This document shows positions 27,997 to 37,109 of a stretch of DNA of 64,000 bases, in pieces. The position numbers and the translations under genes were made by a program. The notes beneath the pieces are model-generated. The model was not told where the DNA came from, did no database searches, and worked only from the letters and a program-made list of their open reading frames with translations. Source of the DNA: Candidatus Latescibacterota bacterium (lineage in GTDB: Bacteria; Latescibacterota; UBA2968; UBA8231); the NCBI GenBank assembly GCA_965208105.1, contig OZ242318.1, forward strand, positions 4,544,001 to 4,608,000. The letters run 5' to 3'. How positions within the stretch are numbered: position 1 is the first letter of the stretch; the number at the start of each line of letters is the position of its first letter.

Positions 27997-28497
27997 ATGC
28001 CCCTGAAAAACAGGATTCTCGGCCTCGGAGACCCGGCCCCTCTTTTCACCCTTCCGTCGCACCAGGGAGGCGACGTGTCGCTGGCATCCTATCGCGGCAG
28101 GGAGCACGTCGTCCTGACCTTTCTGCGCACGACATGGTGACCCAACAGCCGTCGCCAGTTGGCGACCCTCCAGGAAAGTCTGGGCACCTTCGCCGAATGG
28201 AGCGCCACCCCTCTGGCCGTATCGGTGCAGTATCCGGAGAAGCTGCGCCTCTACGCCGAACGCAGGGGCATCGCCTTCCCCCTTCTGATGGACGAGAAGC
28301 GGAGCGTCATCAAAAGCTATGGAGTATACCACAGGCTCGGCCTGTTGCCTTACAACCCCGCTTACAATATGGCCCGTCCCTCGACCTTCATCGTCGACAA
28401 GCTCGGCACAATCAGATATATGTATATCGGCTCGGACCAGTTCGATCTGGCCAGACAGGAAGAAATCATCGGATGCCTGAAGCTGCTGGGGCCGTGA
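27997..28497 (+). CDS. AhpC/TSA (peroxiredoxin-like) selenoprotein with UxxS motif; in-frame UGA at 28138-28140
   Basis: MPLKNRILGLGDPAPLFTLPSHQGGDVSLASYRGREHVVLTFLRTTW-TGA-PNSRRQL continues in frame into the listed 28159..28497 ORF (FPLLMD, ARPSTFIVDKLGTIRY). The TGA sits at the catalytic Cys position. Confidence 0.8.
28151..28166 (+). promoter_or_regulatory. SECIS-like hairpin
   Basis: gtcgcc-agtt-ggcgac begins 10 nt after the UGA, with G at loop position 2. Confidence 0.6.
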
Positions 28498-28551
28498 GGC
28501 CCTGGTGAGCGGCTTCACCGCCGCGACCAATCTCTAAGACCGGAGAAATTC

Positions 28552-29373
28552 ATGGCCCCTGCCCCATCTCTCTCACGGACCGCGCTCCCGTTTCTCACGC
28601 CCATAGTCCTCGTCTGGCTCGGTGTCGCCGCAGTTCCTCCGGACGCCGGCGCCGGACCCGAGGAAACCGGACTGGAAATCGCCCGGGATGCCCGCGCACT
28701 CGAGGAAGGCTTCGGCAACTTCACCGCCAGTCAGACCATGGTGCTGCGCAACAAGCATGGTCAGGAGAGCCGCCGCCAGCTCCAGGTAAAGGTCCTCGAG
28801 GTCGCGGGCGGAGGCGACAAGAGCCTGTTCGTGTTCGACCAGCCGCGCGACGTCCAGGGTACGGCGTTGCTCGTTCACGCGCATCGCGAGAGCGCCGACG
28901 ATCAGTGGCTCTTTTTGCCAGCTCTGAAGCGGGTGAAGCGCATCAGCTCGGCGAACCGCTCCGGCTCCTTCATGGGAAGCGAGTTCGCCTATGAAGACAT
29001 GACCGCCCAGGAGGTGGAGAAATTCACGTACCGTTACCTGCGCGACGAGCCCTGCGGCGATTTGACCTGCACCGTCACCGATCGGTTCCCGGTGGACAAG
29101 AAGTCCGGCTACAGCCGCCAGACTGTGTGGCGCGACAGGGACGATCTGCGCGTCTGGAAGGTGCATTACTACGACCGCAAGGACGCCCACCTGAAGACCC
29201 TTACCCTGGAGGACTACGAGCAGTACCTGGGCAGATACTGGCGCGCCCTGACCATGACCATGGAGAACCATTTGACCGGGAAGAGCACTGTTCTTACCTG
29301 GACCGATTTTCAGTTCCGGACCGATCTCGACGAACGCGATTTCACCCGCACGGGACTGAAACGGGCGCGTTGA
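28552..29373 (+). CDS. Outer-membrane lipoprotein-sorting protein (LolA-like)
   Basis: FDQPRDVQGTALL, DDQWLFLPALKRVKRIS, SFMGSEFAYEDM, YYDRKD..LKTL, DFT..GLKR. Confidence 0.85.
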   Translation: MAPAPSLSRTALPFLTPIVLVWLGVAAVPPDAGAGPEETGLEIARDARALEEGFGNFTASQTMVLRNKHGQESRRQLQVKVLEVAGGGDKSLFVFDQPRDVQGTALLVHAHRESADDQWLFLPALKRVKRISSANRSGSFMGSEFAYEDMTAQEVEKFTYRYLRDEPCGDLTCTVTDRFPVDKKSGYSRQTVWRDRDDLRVWKVHYYDRKDAHLKTLTLEDYEQYLGRYWRALTMTMENHLTGKSTVLTWTDFQFRTDLDERDFTRTGLKRAR

Positions 29374-30629
29374 TGCAGCTCCGCGCAAATCTTCTCTCTA
29401 CGGCCCTGGGAACCCTCTGGATTTTATTCGGGGCCATGCAGGCAGGCGCCGGAGCAGGGATCGACGCCGACTTCAGCGGGCGCCTGAACCTGGAAAGCCG
29501 GTGGTTCCCCGAAGCCGGGGCGCACTCCGGCCAGGGCTCCTACAGCGTCGGCCTCGTGGCGGCGCCGGAAATTTATCTCGCCGGCGCGGGTGGCGGAAGC
29601 CTCACCATGGCGCCATTCCTGCGCTACGACAGCGCCGACCGGCGCCGTACCCATGCCGACCTGCGCGAAGCCTACGTTCTCCTGTTCGGCGCCATCGGCG
29701 AGGGCGAATGGGAGTTGCGCCTGGGCATGGAGCAGGTGTTCTGGGGCGTCGCGGAATCGCAGCACCTGGTCGATATCGTCAACCAGGTCGACCTGGTGGA
29801 ACACCCCGGCGGGGAGGCCAAGCTGGGCCAGCCCATGGTCCATTGCACCTGGTCGGCAACCTGGGGCATTGTGGAACTCCTGGCCTTGCCCTATCACCGC
29901 AAACGCACCTTTCCAGGCCGCTCCGGGCGCCTGCGGCTGCCCCTGGTGATAGACGATCGCAAGGTCGAGTACGAAAGCGAGGACGAAGAGCGGAACCTGG
30001 ATCTCGCCGTCCGCTACAGTCACAGCTTCGCCTCCCTCGACCTGGGCATCAGCGCATTCGACGGTACCAGCAGGGAGCCTTCTTTGCAGCTGGTCCCGGG
30101 CGGCGTTCCTTCCCTGCGGCAGCACTATGCCCAGATCAGCCAGTACGGACTCGACGCCCAGCTCACTGCCGGACCCTGGTTGCTGAAGCTCGAGGCCATT
30201 CGCCGCAGCGGCGCTCCCAACCTGTCGGGCAGGGAGGAGGACTACCTGGCCTCGGTAATCGGCGCCGAGTACTCTTTTTACTCGGCATTCGGCACTGCTG
30301 CCGATCTCAGCCTGCTGGGCGAGTGGAATTACGATGGCCGCGGCCGCAAGGCGACGCCGAGCCGCTCTCCCAATACCCTCGAGAACGATTACTTCCTCGC
30401 CGCCCGCCTGGCTTTCAACGACGTCCACGGCAGCGAATTTATCGCCAGCTTTCTGGGAGACGCCGGCCGCGGCACGCGAACGCTGGTCCTGGAACTGGAC
30501 CGGCGAATCCCCGGCGGCGTATCGATAAACCTGGAGTCGATCCACCTCCTCGGCATCGACGAGGCGGACCTGCACTACGCGACCCGCAAGGACAGCTTCA
30601 TCGACCTGGTTCTGAGGTATAGTTTCTAG
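29373..30629 (+). CDS. Putative outer-membrane beta-barrel associated with the MMPL/LolA-like operon
   Basis: ATG overlaps the upstream TGA (TGATG). Signal peptide; VFWGVAES.HLVDIVNQ.D, EAKLGQPM; ends VLRYSF. Confidence 0.7.
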   Translation: MQLRANLLSTALGTLWILFGAMQAGAGAGIDADFSGRLNLESRWFPEAGAHSGQGSYSVGLVAAPEIYLAGAGGGSLTMAPFLRYDSADRRRTHADLREAYVLLFGAIGEGEWELRLGMEQVFWGVAESQHLVDIVNQVDLVEHPGGEAKLGQPMVHCTWSATWGIVELLALPYHRKRTFPGRSGRLRLPLVIDDRKVEYESEDEERNLDLAVRYSHSFASLDLGISAFDGTSREPSLQLVPGGVPSLRQHYAQISQYGLDAQLTAGPWLLKLEAIRRSGAPNLSGREEDYLASVIGAEYSFYSAFGTAADLSLLGEWNYDGRGRKATPSRSPNTLENDYFLAARLAFNDVHGSEFIASFLGDAGRGTRTLVLELDRRIPGGVSINLESIHLLGIDEADLHYATRKDSFIDLVLRYSF

Positions 30630-30790
30630 TGTCCCGTCGCAGAAATATGTCGCCATTATTCCGCCGCTCCATCCCGGCTCACGGCGTTGCCTTCACTCGC
30701 CGTACACCACTGGTACGACTCGCTCAGGCGCCTTGTGAGCCGGGCGCCTCGGCGGCCCAATTTCGTCAACCTATCTCTGCGACGGGACAC
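30629..30790. mobile_element. 162-bp MITE, copy 1
   Basis: Terminal inverted repeats gtgtcccgtcgcagaaata / tatctctgcgacgggacac, flanked by TA on both sides. Reverse complement of 60871..61032. Confidence 0.85.
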
Positions 30791-30855
30791 TAGGCTGGTG
30801 GGTTCGCCTTCCCGCCGGTGTGGAGCCTGCCGGTTCCCGGACCGATGAGAGTTGG

Positions 30856-31845
30856 CTACTCCGGGGCGGCGATTTCGTGCAGGCCGGGGGGAAGGTTGAA
30901 GCGCACGTTCTCGGCGACGCCTTCCATGGTCGAGATCTCGAGGTCGACGTACTCGCGCAGGTTCTCGATCAACTCGTGGACCAGCTCCTCCGGGGTGGAG
31001 GCGCCGGTCGGTGATCGCCGTATGCTCTTCTTGCTCGTGGACCAGCCTCCGGGGTGGAGGCGGGGATCGATGCTCTTCTTGCCGTGCAGCCACCGGGGAT
31101 CGATCCGGGCGGGATCCTCGACCAGGTAGCTCGGCACGCCGCTGGCGTTGCTGACTTCGCAGAGTCGATTGGAATTCGAGCTGTTCTGAGCGCCCACCAC
31201 CAGCACCAGGTCCACCTGGGTGGCAAGGGCGCGCACGGCGGCCTGGCGGTTCTGGGTCGCGTAGCAGATGTCCTTGACGTCGGGGCCGTGGATGCGGGGA
31301 AAGCGGCGCCGCAGCGCCGAGATCACTTCCCGCGTATCGTCCACCGATAAGGTGGTCTGCGTGATATACGCGACCTTTTCGGGATCGCGCATCTCCAGAG
31401 CCTCCACGTCTTCCACCTCGCTGACCAGGAGAACCTCTCCCGGAATCTGACCCATGGTGCCTTCGACCTCGGGGTGGTCTTCGTGGCCGATCAGGATGAT
31501 GTCGTAGCCTTTGGCGGCGTAGCGCCGGCCTTCCTTGTGCACCTTGGAGACCAGGGGGCAGGTGGCATCGAGGGGTTGCAGGCTGCGCAGGGAGGCGTCC
31601 TGCTCGACTTTCTCGGACACCCCGTGGGCACTGAACACAGTGACAGCTCCGTCGGGAATCTGGTGGATCTGTTCCACGAAGCGGACGCCTTTTGCCTTCA
31701 GGTTTTCCACTACCCTGCGGTTGTGGACGATTTCGTGGCGCACGTAGATCGGTGGTCCGTAGCGCCGCAGCGCCGCTTCGACGATCTCGATTGCCCGTTC
31801 GACTCCGGCACAGAATCCGCGCGGCTGGGCTAAAACGACTCGCAT
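30856..31845 (-). CDS. ispH: 4-hydroxy-3-methylbut-2-enyl diphosphate reductase (C-terminal segment scrambled)
   Basis: [75 protein letters not shown]. Confidence 0.93.
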   Translation of the reverse strand: MRVVLAQPRGFCAGVERAIEIVEAALRRYGPPIYVRHEIVHNRRVVENLKAKGVRFVEQIHQIPDGAVTVFSAHGVSEKVEQDASLRSLQPLDATCPLVSKVHKEGRRYAAKGYDIILIGHEDHPEVEGTMGQIPGEVLLVSEVEDVEALEMRDPEKVAYITQTTLSVDDTREVISALRRRFPRIHGPDVKDICYATQNRQAAVRALATQVDLVLVVGAQNSSNSNRLCEVSNASGVPSYLVEDPARIDPRWLHGKKSIDPRLHPGGWSTSKKSIRRSPTGASTPEELVHELIENLREYVDLEISTMEGVAENVRFNLPPGLHEIAAPE

Positions 31846-31927
31846 GGTCACTCTCCATTCCCGGTGGCTCGGCGCGTTTCAAATCGCAACGAGCCTCCCA
31901 TACTCTAACACCTATTCCGTTCTGCTG

Positions 31928-32998
31928 TCAATTGTGTGAGCACAGGCGCTCATCCACCCCTGCCCGGGGAAGACTTCTGGTGAGGATCTCGAAGAGGACC
32001 TTCAGGGCGATGTTTGAGCGGGCGAGTGCGCTGGTGACCACGGTGACCGCCCACACGCTGCGCCGCGAGATCTTCACCTCCCCGCCCTCTCGGAACCTGG
32101 GGGTGGCGTGAATGCGGCGCAGGGTGAGCACGGCCATCCCCAGGGCCCACAGGCAGTGGCGGCGGATGCCCGTTTCACGCCTGGGAATGAGCAGGATGAA
32201 GCGCAGGGCGTTGGCCAGATGGCGGCGGGCGATGGCCACCAGCTCGAGGAGTCCGGCGACGAAGCCGGGGTGGTCTTTTCCCCCGGGCAGGGATCCCAGC
32301 TCGAAACCGGCATTGAGGAATACGTCGCGGGGCAGCCAGCAGGCGCCGCGCCGGCGATCGTCCCATACGTCTTTGAGGATGTTGGTCATCTGCAGCCCCT
32401 GGCCGAAGGAGACCGCAAGGGCGAGCAGTTCCTGGCGCCGGCGGTCGATCTCGGCGGAGTAGTCGCAGAACAGCTCGGTGAGCATCTCGCCCACAACCCC
32501 GGCGACGTGGTAGCAGTAACGGTCGAGCTGGGGCAGGTCGTCGAGACCGGCGGCGGTAGCACCCTGCTGGAACTCCGACATCCCTCGGGACATGATTTGG
32601 ACGCAACGTTCGAGAGCTTTGCGTTGGGCGGGGCTGAAGCGGTTGGTGATGCGGATGACCCTGGCGGTGTTGGCGATCAGGTCATGCTCGTGGGGAGTCG
32701 TGGAGGAGGAGAGCCGGGCGCACAGGTCGCGGGAGAAGGGTTCCGCATTTGCGCGGCCGGCAACGACTTCGACGAAGCGCGCGGAGAACGCCTGCTTCTC
32801 CGCGGCGGACAGGGAAGGCTCGTCTTCAATGGTATCTGTGATGCGACAGAGGAGGTAGGCATTGCCCACCACCTCGCGCAGAGGGTCCGGAAGCTGGGGA
32901 ATGGTCAAGGCGAACGTGCGGGAAACGCCCTGCAGGATATGCTCCTGGTAGGCGAGATCGCCGACCGTCGACCCGTTGAAGGAGGACGTGGTCATCAT
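31928..32998 (-). CDS. Squalene synthase-like (squalene/phytoene synthase family)
   Basis: [43 protein letters not shown] motifs typical of single-enzyme SQS. Confidence 0.85.
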   Translation of the reverse strand: MMTTSSFNGSTVGDLAYQEHILQGVSRTFALTIPQLPDPLREVVGNAYLLCRITDTIEDEPSLSAAEKQAFSARFVEVVAGRANAEPFSRDLCARLSSSTTPHEHDLIANTARVIRITNRFSPAQRKALERCVQIMSRGMSEFQQGATAAGLDDLPQLDRYCYHVAGVVGEMLTELFCDYSAEIDRRRQELLALAVSFGQGLQMTNILKDVWDDRRRGACWLPRDVFLNAGFELGSLPGGKDHPGFVAGLLELVAIARRHLANALRFILLIPRRETGIRRHCLWALGMAVLTLRRIHATPRFREGGEVKISRRSVWAVTVVTSALARSNIALKVLFEILTRSLPRAGVDERLCSHN

Positions 32999-33030
32999 GG
33001 CCTGTCGGAATCGATATCCAATGGTCAACT

Positions 33031-33059
33031 AGTGTACACGAAGGGGGGGAGCCTGTCAA
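33031..33059 (-). promoter_or_regulatory. Putative sigma70 promoter for the SQS-ispH pair
   Basis: TTGACA (33054-33059), 17-nt spacer, TACACT (33031-33036) on the minus strand. Confidence 0.6.
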
Positions 33060-33129
33060 GTTCCGGCGGATGTGAAAGAAGCGGATCACCGGGCGCGATT
33101 CCGGGCCCGGTGGAGGGGGATTGCAGCGC

Positions 33130-33537
33130 TCAATCGTGGTCCCGGTGCCAGCGCCGCTTCACCCGGTCGAAGCGGCGCGGTCCCATCACCTCCCTGAACC
33201 ACTTTTTGCGCTCCTCCATGCGCTCCCGCTGTTCAGGGGTCAGCAGGGTTCCGAGCTCGGCGTGGACCGAGTCCATCAGAGCCTGCATGGACTGCCGGTG
33301 GCGGCGGTCCAGTTCCCGCAGCCGGGGAGCGGCGCCTCGGAGGACGCGCCTGATTTCCCGGCGCTGGGCGGCGTCGCGGGGCTCGATGAATTTTTCCGTG
33401 AACGCGGCGAAATGGCCCGGGCGCGGGATGGCGCGGAACCGGTGCTGCAGGAACTGCCCGTAGGCCAGGGCTCCCAGGAGCATGCCGATGAGCAGTGTCG
33501 CGACGATAATGGCGGCGCTTTTGGCCTTGGCTTGCAT
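33130..33537 (-). CDS. Membrane-anchored periplasmic helical protein, Spy/CpxP-like
   Basis: N-terminal TM, LLTPEQ motif, downstream of an ECF sigma/anti-sigma pair. Confidence 0.6.
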   Translation of the reverse strand: MQAKAKSAAIIVATLLIGMLLGALAYGQFLQHRFRAIPRPGHFAAFTEKFIEPRDAAQRREIRRVLRGAAPRLRELDRRHRQSMQALMDSVHAELGTLLTPEQRERMEERKKWFREVMGPRRFDRVKRRWHRDHD

Positions 33538-33544
33538 AGGTCTC

Positions 33545-33967
33545 TCACATGTCCAGGGCGTAGGTCGTCTCCAGGGTGGTTGGCGGCACGGCGAAAATCA
33601 CTTCCAGTGCGGTGGGTTCGGCCGCCAGGAGCTCCCTGTTGTTCCAGTTGTTCCAGGCTACGAGGGCTGTCAGCACAAGCGCCAGGGGCACCAGGGGCCG
33701 GAACAGCCTAAGAAGCCCGTCGGCGAGGATATCCGGTGCGGTGGCCCTTGACCTGGCCTCGATCCGGCGCATCACGCGGCTGGCGAAGAAGGGCCGGAAG
33801 GATGCGCTCCTGCTGTCCTCGAGCAGCCGCTGCACCTGCTGCATCTGCTCCCATTCCGCGCGCAATTCAGGTTTGCGGGCGAGAAGCTCGGCAAGGCGGA
33901 TTCTCTCTTCCGCGCTCCCTTCGTTCCCCAGAGCGCGCATCAACAACTCGCGGTCACTGTTGTCCAT
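33545..33967 (-). CDS. Putative anti-sigma factor
   Basis: Overlaps the ECF sigma gene; helical N-terminus, FASRVMRRI, single TM. Confidence 0.6.
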   Translation of the reverse strand: MDNSDRELLMRALGNEGSAEERIRLAELLARKPELRAEWEQMQQVQRLLEDSRSASFRPFFASRVMRRIEARSRATAPDILADGLLRLFRPLVPLALVLTALVAWNNWNNRELLAAEPTALEVIFAVPPTTLETTYALDM

Positions 33968-34526
33968 AATCCTCCAGGGCGGACCCGAGAAGCCCCTTGA
34001 GCTTCTCCATTCCGCGGTAAAGCCGGGAGAGTACGGTTCCTTCCGGCAGGTTCAGCATGGCCGCGGTCTCCTTGGTGGAATAGCCGTCGATCATGCGCAG
34101 CACCACCACGGCGCGGTGCTCCGGTTTGAGTTCGGCGACCGCCGCCCGCACCCACTCCCCGCGCTCCCGTTTCTCCTCCTCGTCGCGTCCGTCGGCGGCC
34201 GGCGTCGCTCCGGCTTCCTCCTCGTCCAGGCTGCGGAAGCGTCCCCGTGCCCGCTTCCTGCGCTCGAGGGCGTTGAGGGACAGGTTGATGGCAATCCGGG
34301 TGAGATAGGTTCCCACCGCCGACTCGCCGCGGAACCGGTCGAGGGCGCCCCAGAACCGGATGAAGGTTTCCTGTCCCACATCCTCCGCGTCGGCGCCGTT
34401 TCCCAGCATGCCGATGGCGGTAGCCGCCACCAGGGGTTCGTACTTCTCGACCAGGACTCTGAAGGCAGCCTCGTTCCCCTTGCGCGCCTGATCGATGAGC
34501 TTCTGATCCGACCTGCTCTTCTCCAC
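33954..34526 (-). CDS. ECF RNA polymerase sigma-70 factor
   Basis: AFRVLVEKY, DAEDVGQETFI, FRGES.VGTYLTRIAIN, EGTVLSRLYRG. Confidence 0.9.
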   Translation of the reverse strand: MEKSRSDQKLIDQARKGNEAAFRVLVEKYEPLVAATAIGMLGNGADAEDVGQETFIRFWGALDRFRGESAVGTYLTRIAINLSLNALERRKRARGRFRSLDEEEAGATPAADGRDEEEKRERGEWVRAAVAELKPEHRAVVVLRMIDGYSTKETAAMLNLPEGTVLSRLYRGMEKLKGLLGSALEDYGQQ

Positions 34527-34596
34527 TATGATTTGACAGGGTATCGAGGCGTTTCATTCCCCTGGAAAAAAGATTGCACTTTCACTCTTCCCGTTC

Positions 34597-35628
34597 TCAG
34601 GGCACCGGAGACCAGCGCGGAAAGCGCACGCTGGGGGGAAGGTCCGGAACCTGGAAGAGGGCGCCGCTTTCGAGGTCCAGTATGAGAATGTGGGACTGGG
34701 TCAGAAAGGACGGGTCCACTTCCAGGGCTTCGAAAGCGATCATCCTGCCGTCGGGGGACCAGCTGGGATAGGCGGCGGCAGTAAACTGGCTCGACCCGAA
34801 GGTGTGCCGTCTCAGGTCACCGCCCACCGCGTTCATGGTGTAGATCTCGTACTGGTCGAAGTATACCCCTTCCGGGACCGTCTCCAGGTGCCGGGTGGAC
34901 TGGAAGGCGATTCTGTCTCCTGCAGGTGACCAGGACGGGGCTGAATTCCGGGAGTCGTCGCCCCCGACCAGGAGCACCCGGTTTGATCCGTCAGCGTCGA
35001 TCAGGTAGATGTCGGTCCCGTCGTGGCGGTCGCTCTGAAAGGCGATCCTGCTGCCGTCGGGGGACCAGGAGGGAAGCTGGTCCTCCCCCGGGGAACGGGT
35101 CAGGTTGGTCCTCGTGGTATCGTCCAGGGAGATGACGAAGATGTCCCATCCGTTGGCCGCCGAATCCACCCCCTGGTAAGCCATTCGGTCGCCCCCGGGG
35201 GACCAGGCGGGAGCGCGGATAGCCCCGGCGTAATCCAGCACCATGCGGCGCCCTTTGCCCTCCGAGTTCATCAGGTAGAGCCGGTAAACCGGGCTGGACC
35301 CCAGGCTGGTGACGTAGGCGATCCGTCCTCCGTCGGGGGACCAGGAGGGCCACAGGTAGTTGGCCGGATCGTTCGCGTCGTTGAGGGCCACCAGATTCTT
35401 GCCGTCTGGGCGCACGTGGTAGAGGTGGAAGCGGCCGCTTACCGCCCCTTCGACGAAGGCGATCCGGCCCAGCCCGGGGAGGCTGGAAAAGGCCCCCTGC
35501 AGATCTTCGCTGCAGCCGCCGTCACCGCAAAAGGCTGGCCCGGCGATTGGATTGGTGCCGCAGCCGCCCAGCAGAGCTGCGGCGCCAATGGTGCAGAGGA
35601 CTATGGCGGTACGGTTGAAGAGAGGCAC
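34597..35628 (-). CDS. TolB-like beta-propeller (PD40 repeat) lipoprotein
   Basis: LLGGC lipobox; repeated PSWSPDGxRIAF units. Confidence 0.8.
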   Translation of the reverse strand: MPLFNRTAIVLCTIGAAALLGGCGTNPIAGPAFCGDGGCSEDLQGAFSSLPGLGRIAFVEGAVSGRFHLYHVRPDGKNLVALNDANDPANYLWPSWSPDGGRIAYVTSLGSSPVYRLYLMNSEGKGRRMVLDYAGAIRAPAWSPGGDRMAYQGVDSAANGWDIFVISLDDTTRTNLTRSPGEDQLPSWSPDGSRIAFQSDRHDGTDIYLIDADGSNRVLLVGGDDSRNSAPSWSPAGDRIAFQSTRHLETVPEGVYFDQYEIYTMNAVGGDLRRHTFGSSQFTAAAYPSWSPDGRMIAFEALEVDPSFLTQSHILILDLESGALFQVPDLPPSVRFPRWSPVP

Positions 35629-35992
35629 TGGTTCGTCGTCCTGCGTCGGAAGGAGTAGCGGTTACCGGCGCTGATTGTCGCGGTGGTGATTGCCCCGACT
35701 CCAAGGGACAATAATTCAAACTAGATGTAGCTCTGGCGCCGCGTCAAGATGGGAGGTTCATCCTGAATGGTATTTTAAAGAAGAAAGCGGAAATTGAAGG
35801 ATTTAGTGGACCGTTTTGTCCTGCTTGCAGTTGAGGGGAAATCAGTAGGATATTTGTCAAATATTTTTTAGTTTACTGGTGTAAAATCGGAAACGAGATT
35901 CAAGGGCAATGACGCCGGCAAGAAAAATTTTATTCGAGACTTTGGGAATCGGCAATTGTCTGCCTGGGTATAAACGCGAAAGGAGAGGAGAG

Positions 35993-36523
35993 ATGAATCG
36001 GATTAAATTGGCAGTCTCAATTCCAGGAAGGACATTCCCGAAAAATGGTCGCACAGGATTTTCGATTCTCGCCGCCGCCTTGATTTTTCTGGGCTGCTCG
36101 CGCTCCGGCCACCATCCCGACCCCATAGCGCCCGAGATCCCGAGCTCCCCCTACGACATAGAAGCCGGCGCGATAATTTTTTCGAACAGTGCACCCGAAA
36201 ATCTTTCTCAGCGACCGGTCAACAGGAATAAAGATATTTGGATTCATTGGGTGATTTACAACGTTGGGATCGAACCGATTCCCTCGCAGTCGATTTTGTT
36301 GCAAGTGCTCATCGATGGAAAGGTGTCTTCCTACGGCTTTTCGAACCCAACTCCTGTACGACCGGGTAGTTATTTTTCGGCTGGCAGACGCGGGCCTTTT
36401 GCAAGGTACTTTGAAGAAGCGAGGCAGTACGAAATCAAATTGAAGGTTCGCCTACAGAGCCAACTCGGCGAGACCAATCTGGACAACAATGAAATCACCC
36501 GCTTTGTCGATGTGACGGAATGA
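35993..36523 (+). CDS. CSRSGHHP lipoprotein L1 (CARDB/Ig-like)
   Basis: AGGAG RBS; FLGC lipobox then SRSGHHPDPIAP; NVG; ETNLDNNE tail. Confidence 0.75.
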   Translation: MNRIKLAVSIPGRTFPKNGRTGFSILAAALIFLGCSRSGHHPDPIAPEIPSSPYDIEAGAIIFSNSAPENLSQRPVNRNKDIWIHWVIYNVGIEPIPSQSILLQVLIDGKVSSYGFSNPTPVRPGSYFSAGRRGPFARYFEEARQYEIKLKVRLQSQLGETNLDNNEITRFVDVTE

Positions 36524-36589
36524 TGTGGGAGGAGAGGATTCAGCGGTGACAGTTGCTGCACCCACGCTACCAAAGGCTGTTTACTGACG

Positions 36590-37066
36590 ATGTTACATTG
36601 TTCAGTCTGTATTCTTGCAACCTTGCTTTTGGCTGGCTGCTCGCGCTCCGGCCACCATCCCGAACCGATAGCGCCAGAGATCCCGCGCTCCCCCTACGAC
36701 ATAGAAGCCGGCAACATAAGATTTTTGAACGATGAACACATAAAGCGTTCTCAACCACCGGTCAATAGGAATAAAGATATTCGGGTAGCTTGGGAAATTA
36801 ACAACGTAGGGATCGAACCGATTCCCTCCCAGGCGATTTTGTTGACAGTGTTAATCGATGGAAAGGTGTCTTCCTACGGCTTTTCGAACCCTGATCCTGT
36901 ACGTCCTGGTAAAGCCTTTGCCGGTGGCAAACGCGGGGCTTTTGCAAGGTACTTTGAAGAAGCGAGGCAGTACGAAATCAAATTGAAGGTTCGCCTGCCG
37001 AGCAAGCTCGGCGAGACAAATCTGGACAACAATGAATTCACCCGCTTTATCGAGGTGACGGAATAA
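36590..37066 (+). CDS. CSRSGHHP lipoprotein L2 (close paralog of L1)
   Basis: LAGC lipobox, SRSGHHPEPIAP, ETNLDNNE; long DNA-level identity with L1. Confidence 0.75.
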   Translation: MLHCSVCILATLLLAGCSRSGHHPEPIAPEIPRSPYDIEAGNIRFLNDEHIKRSQPPVNRNKDIRVAWEINNVGIEPIPSQAILLTVLIDGKVSSYGFSNPDPVRPGKAFAGGKRGAFARYFEEARQYEIKLKVRLPSKLGETNLDNNEFTRFIEVTE

Positions 37067-37109
37067 CGGAGATCGGGCAGGGCCGGTTAATCGTTCTTTT
37101 CCCCACACC

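Noticed and set aside
30656-31882. 408-aa ORF extending through the MITE, as a possible transposase
   Set aside because: Alternative frame of ispH; no DDE or HTH motifs.
34597-35628. True tolB of a Tol-Pal operon
   Set aside because: Lacks the TolB N-terminal domain, is divergent from the exbBD operon, and no pal or tolA is nearby.
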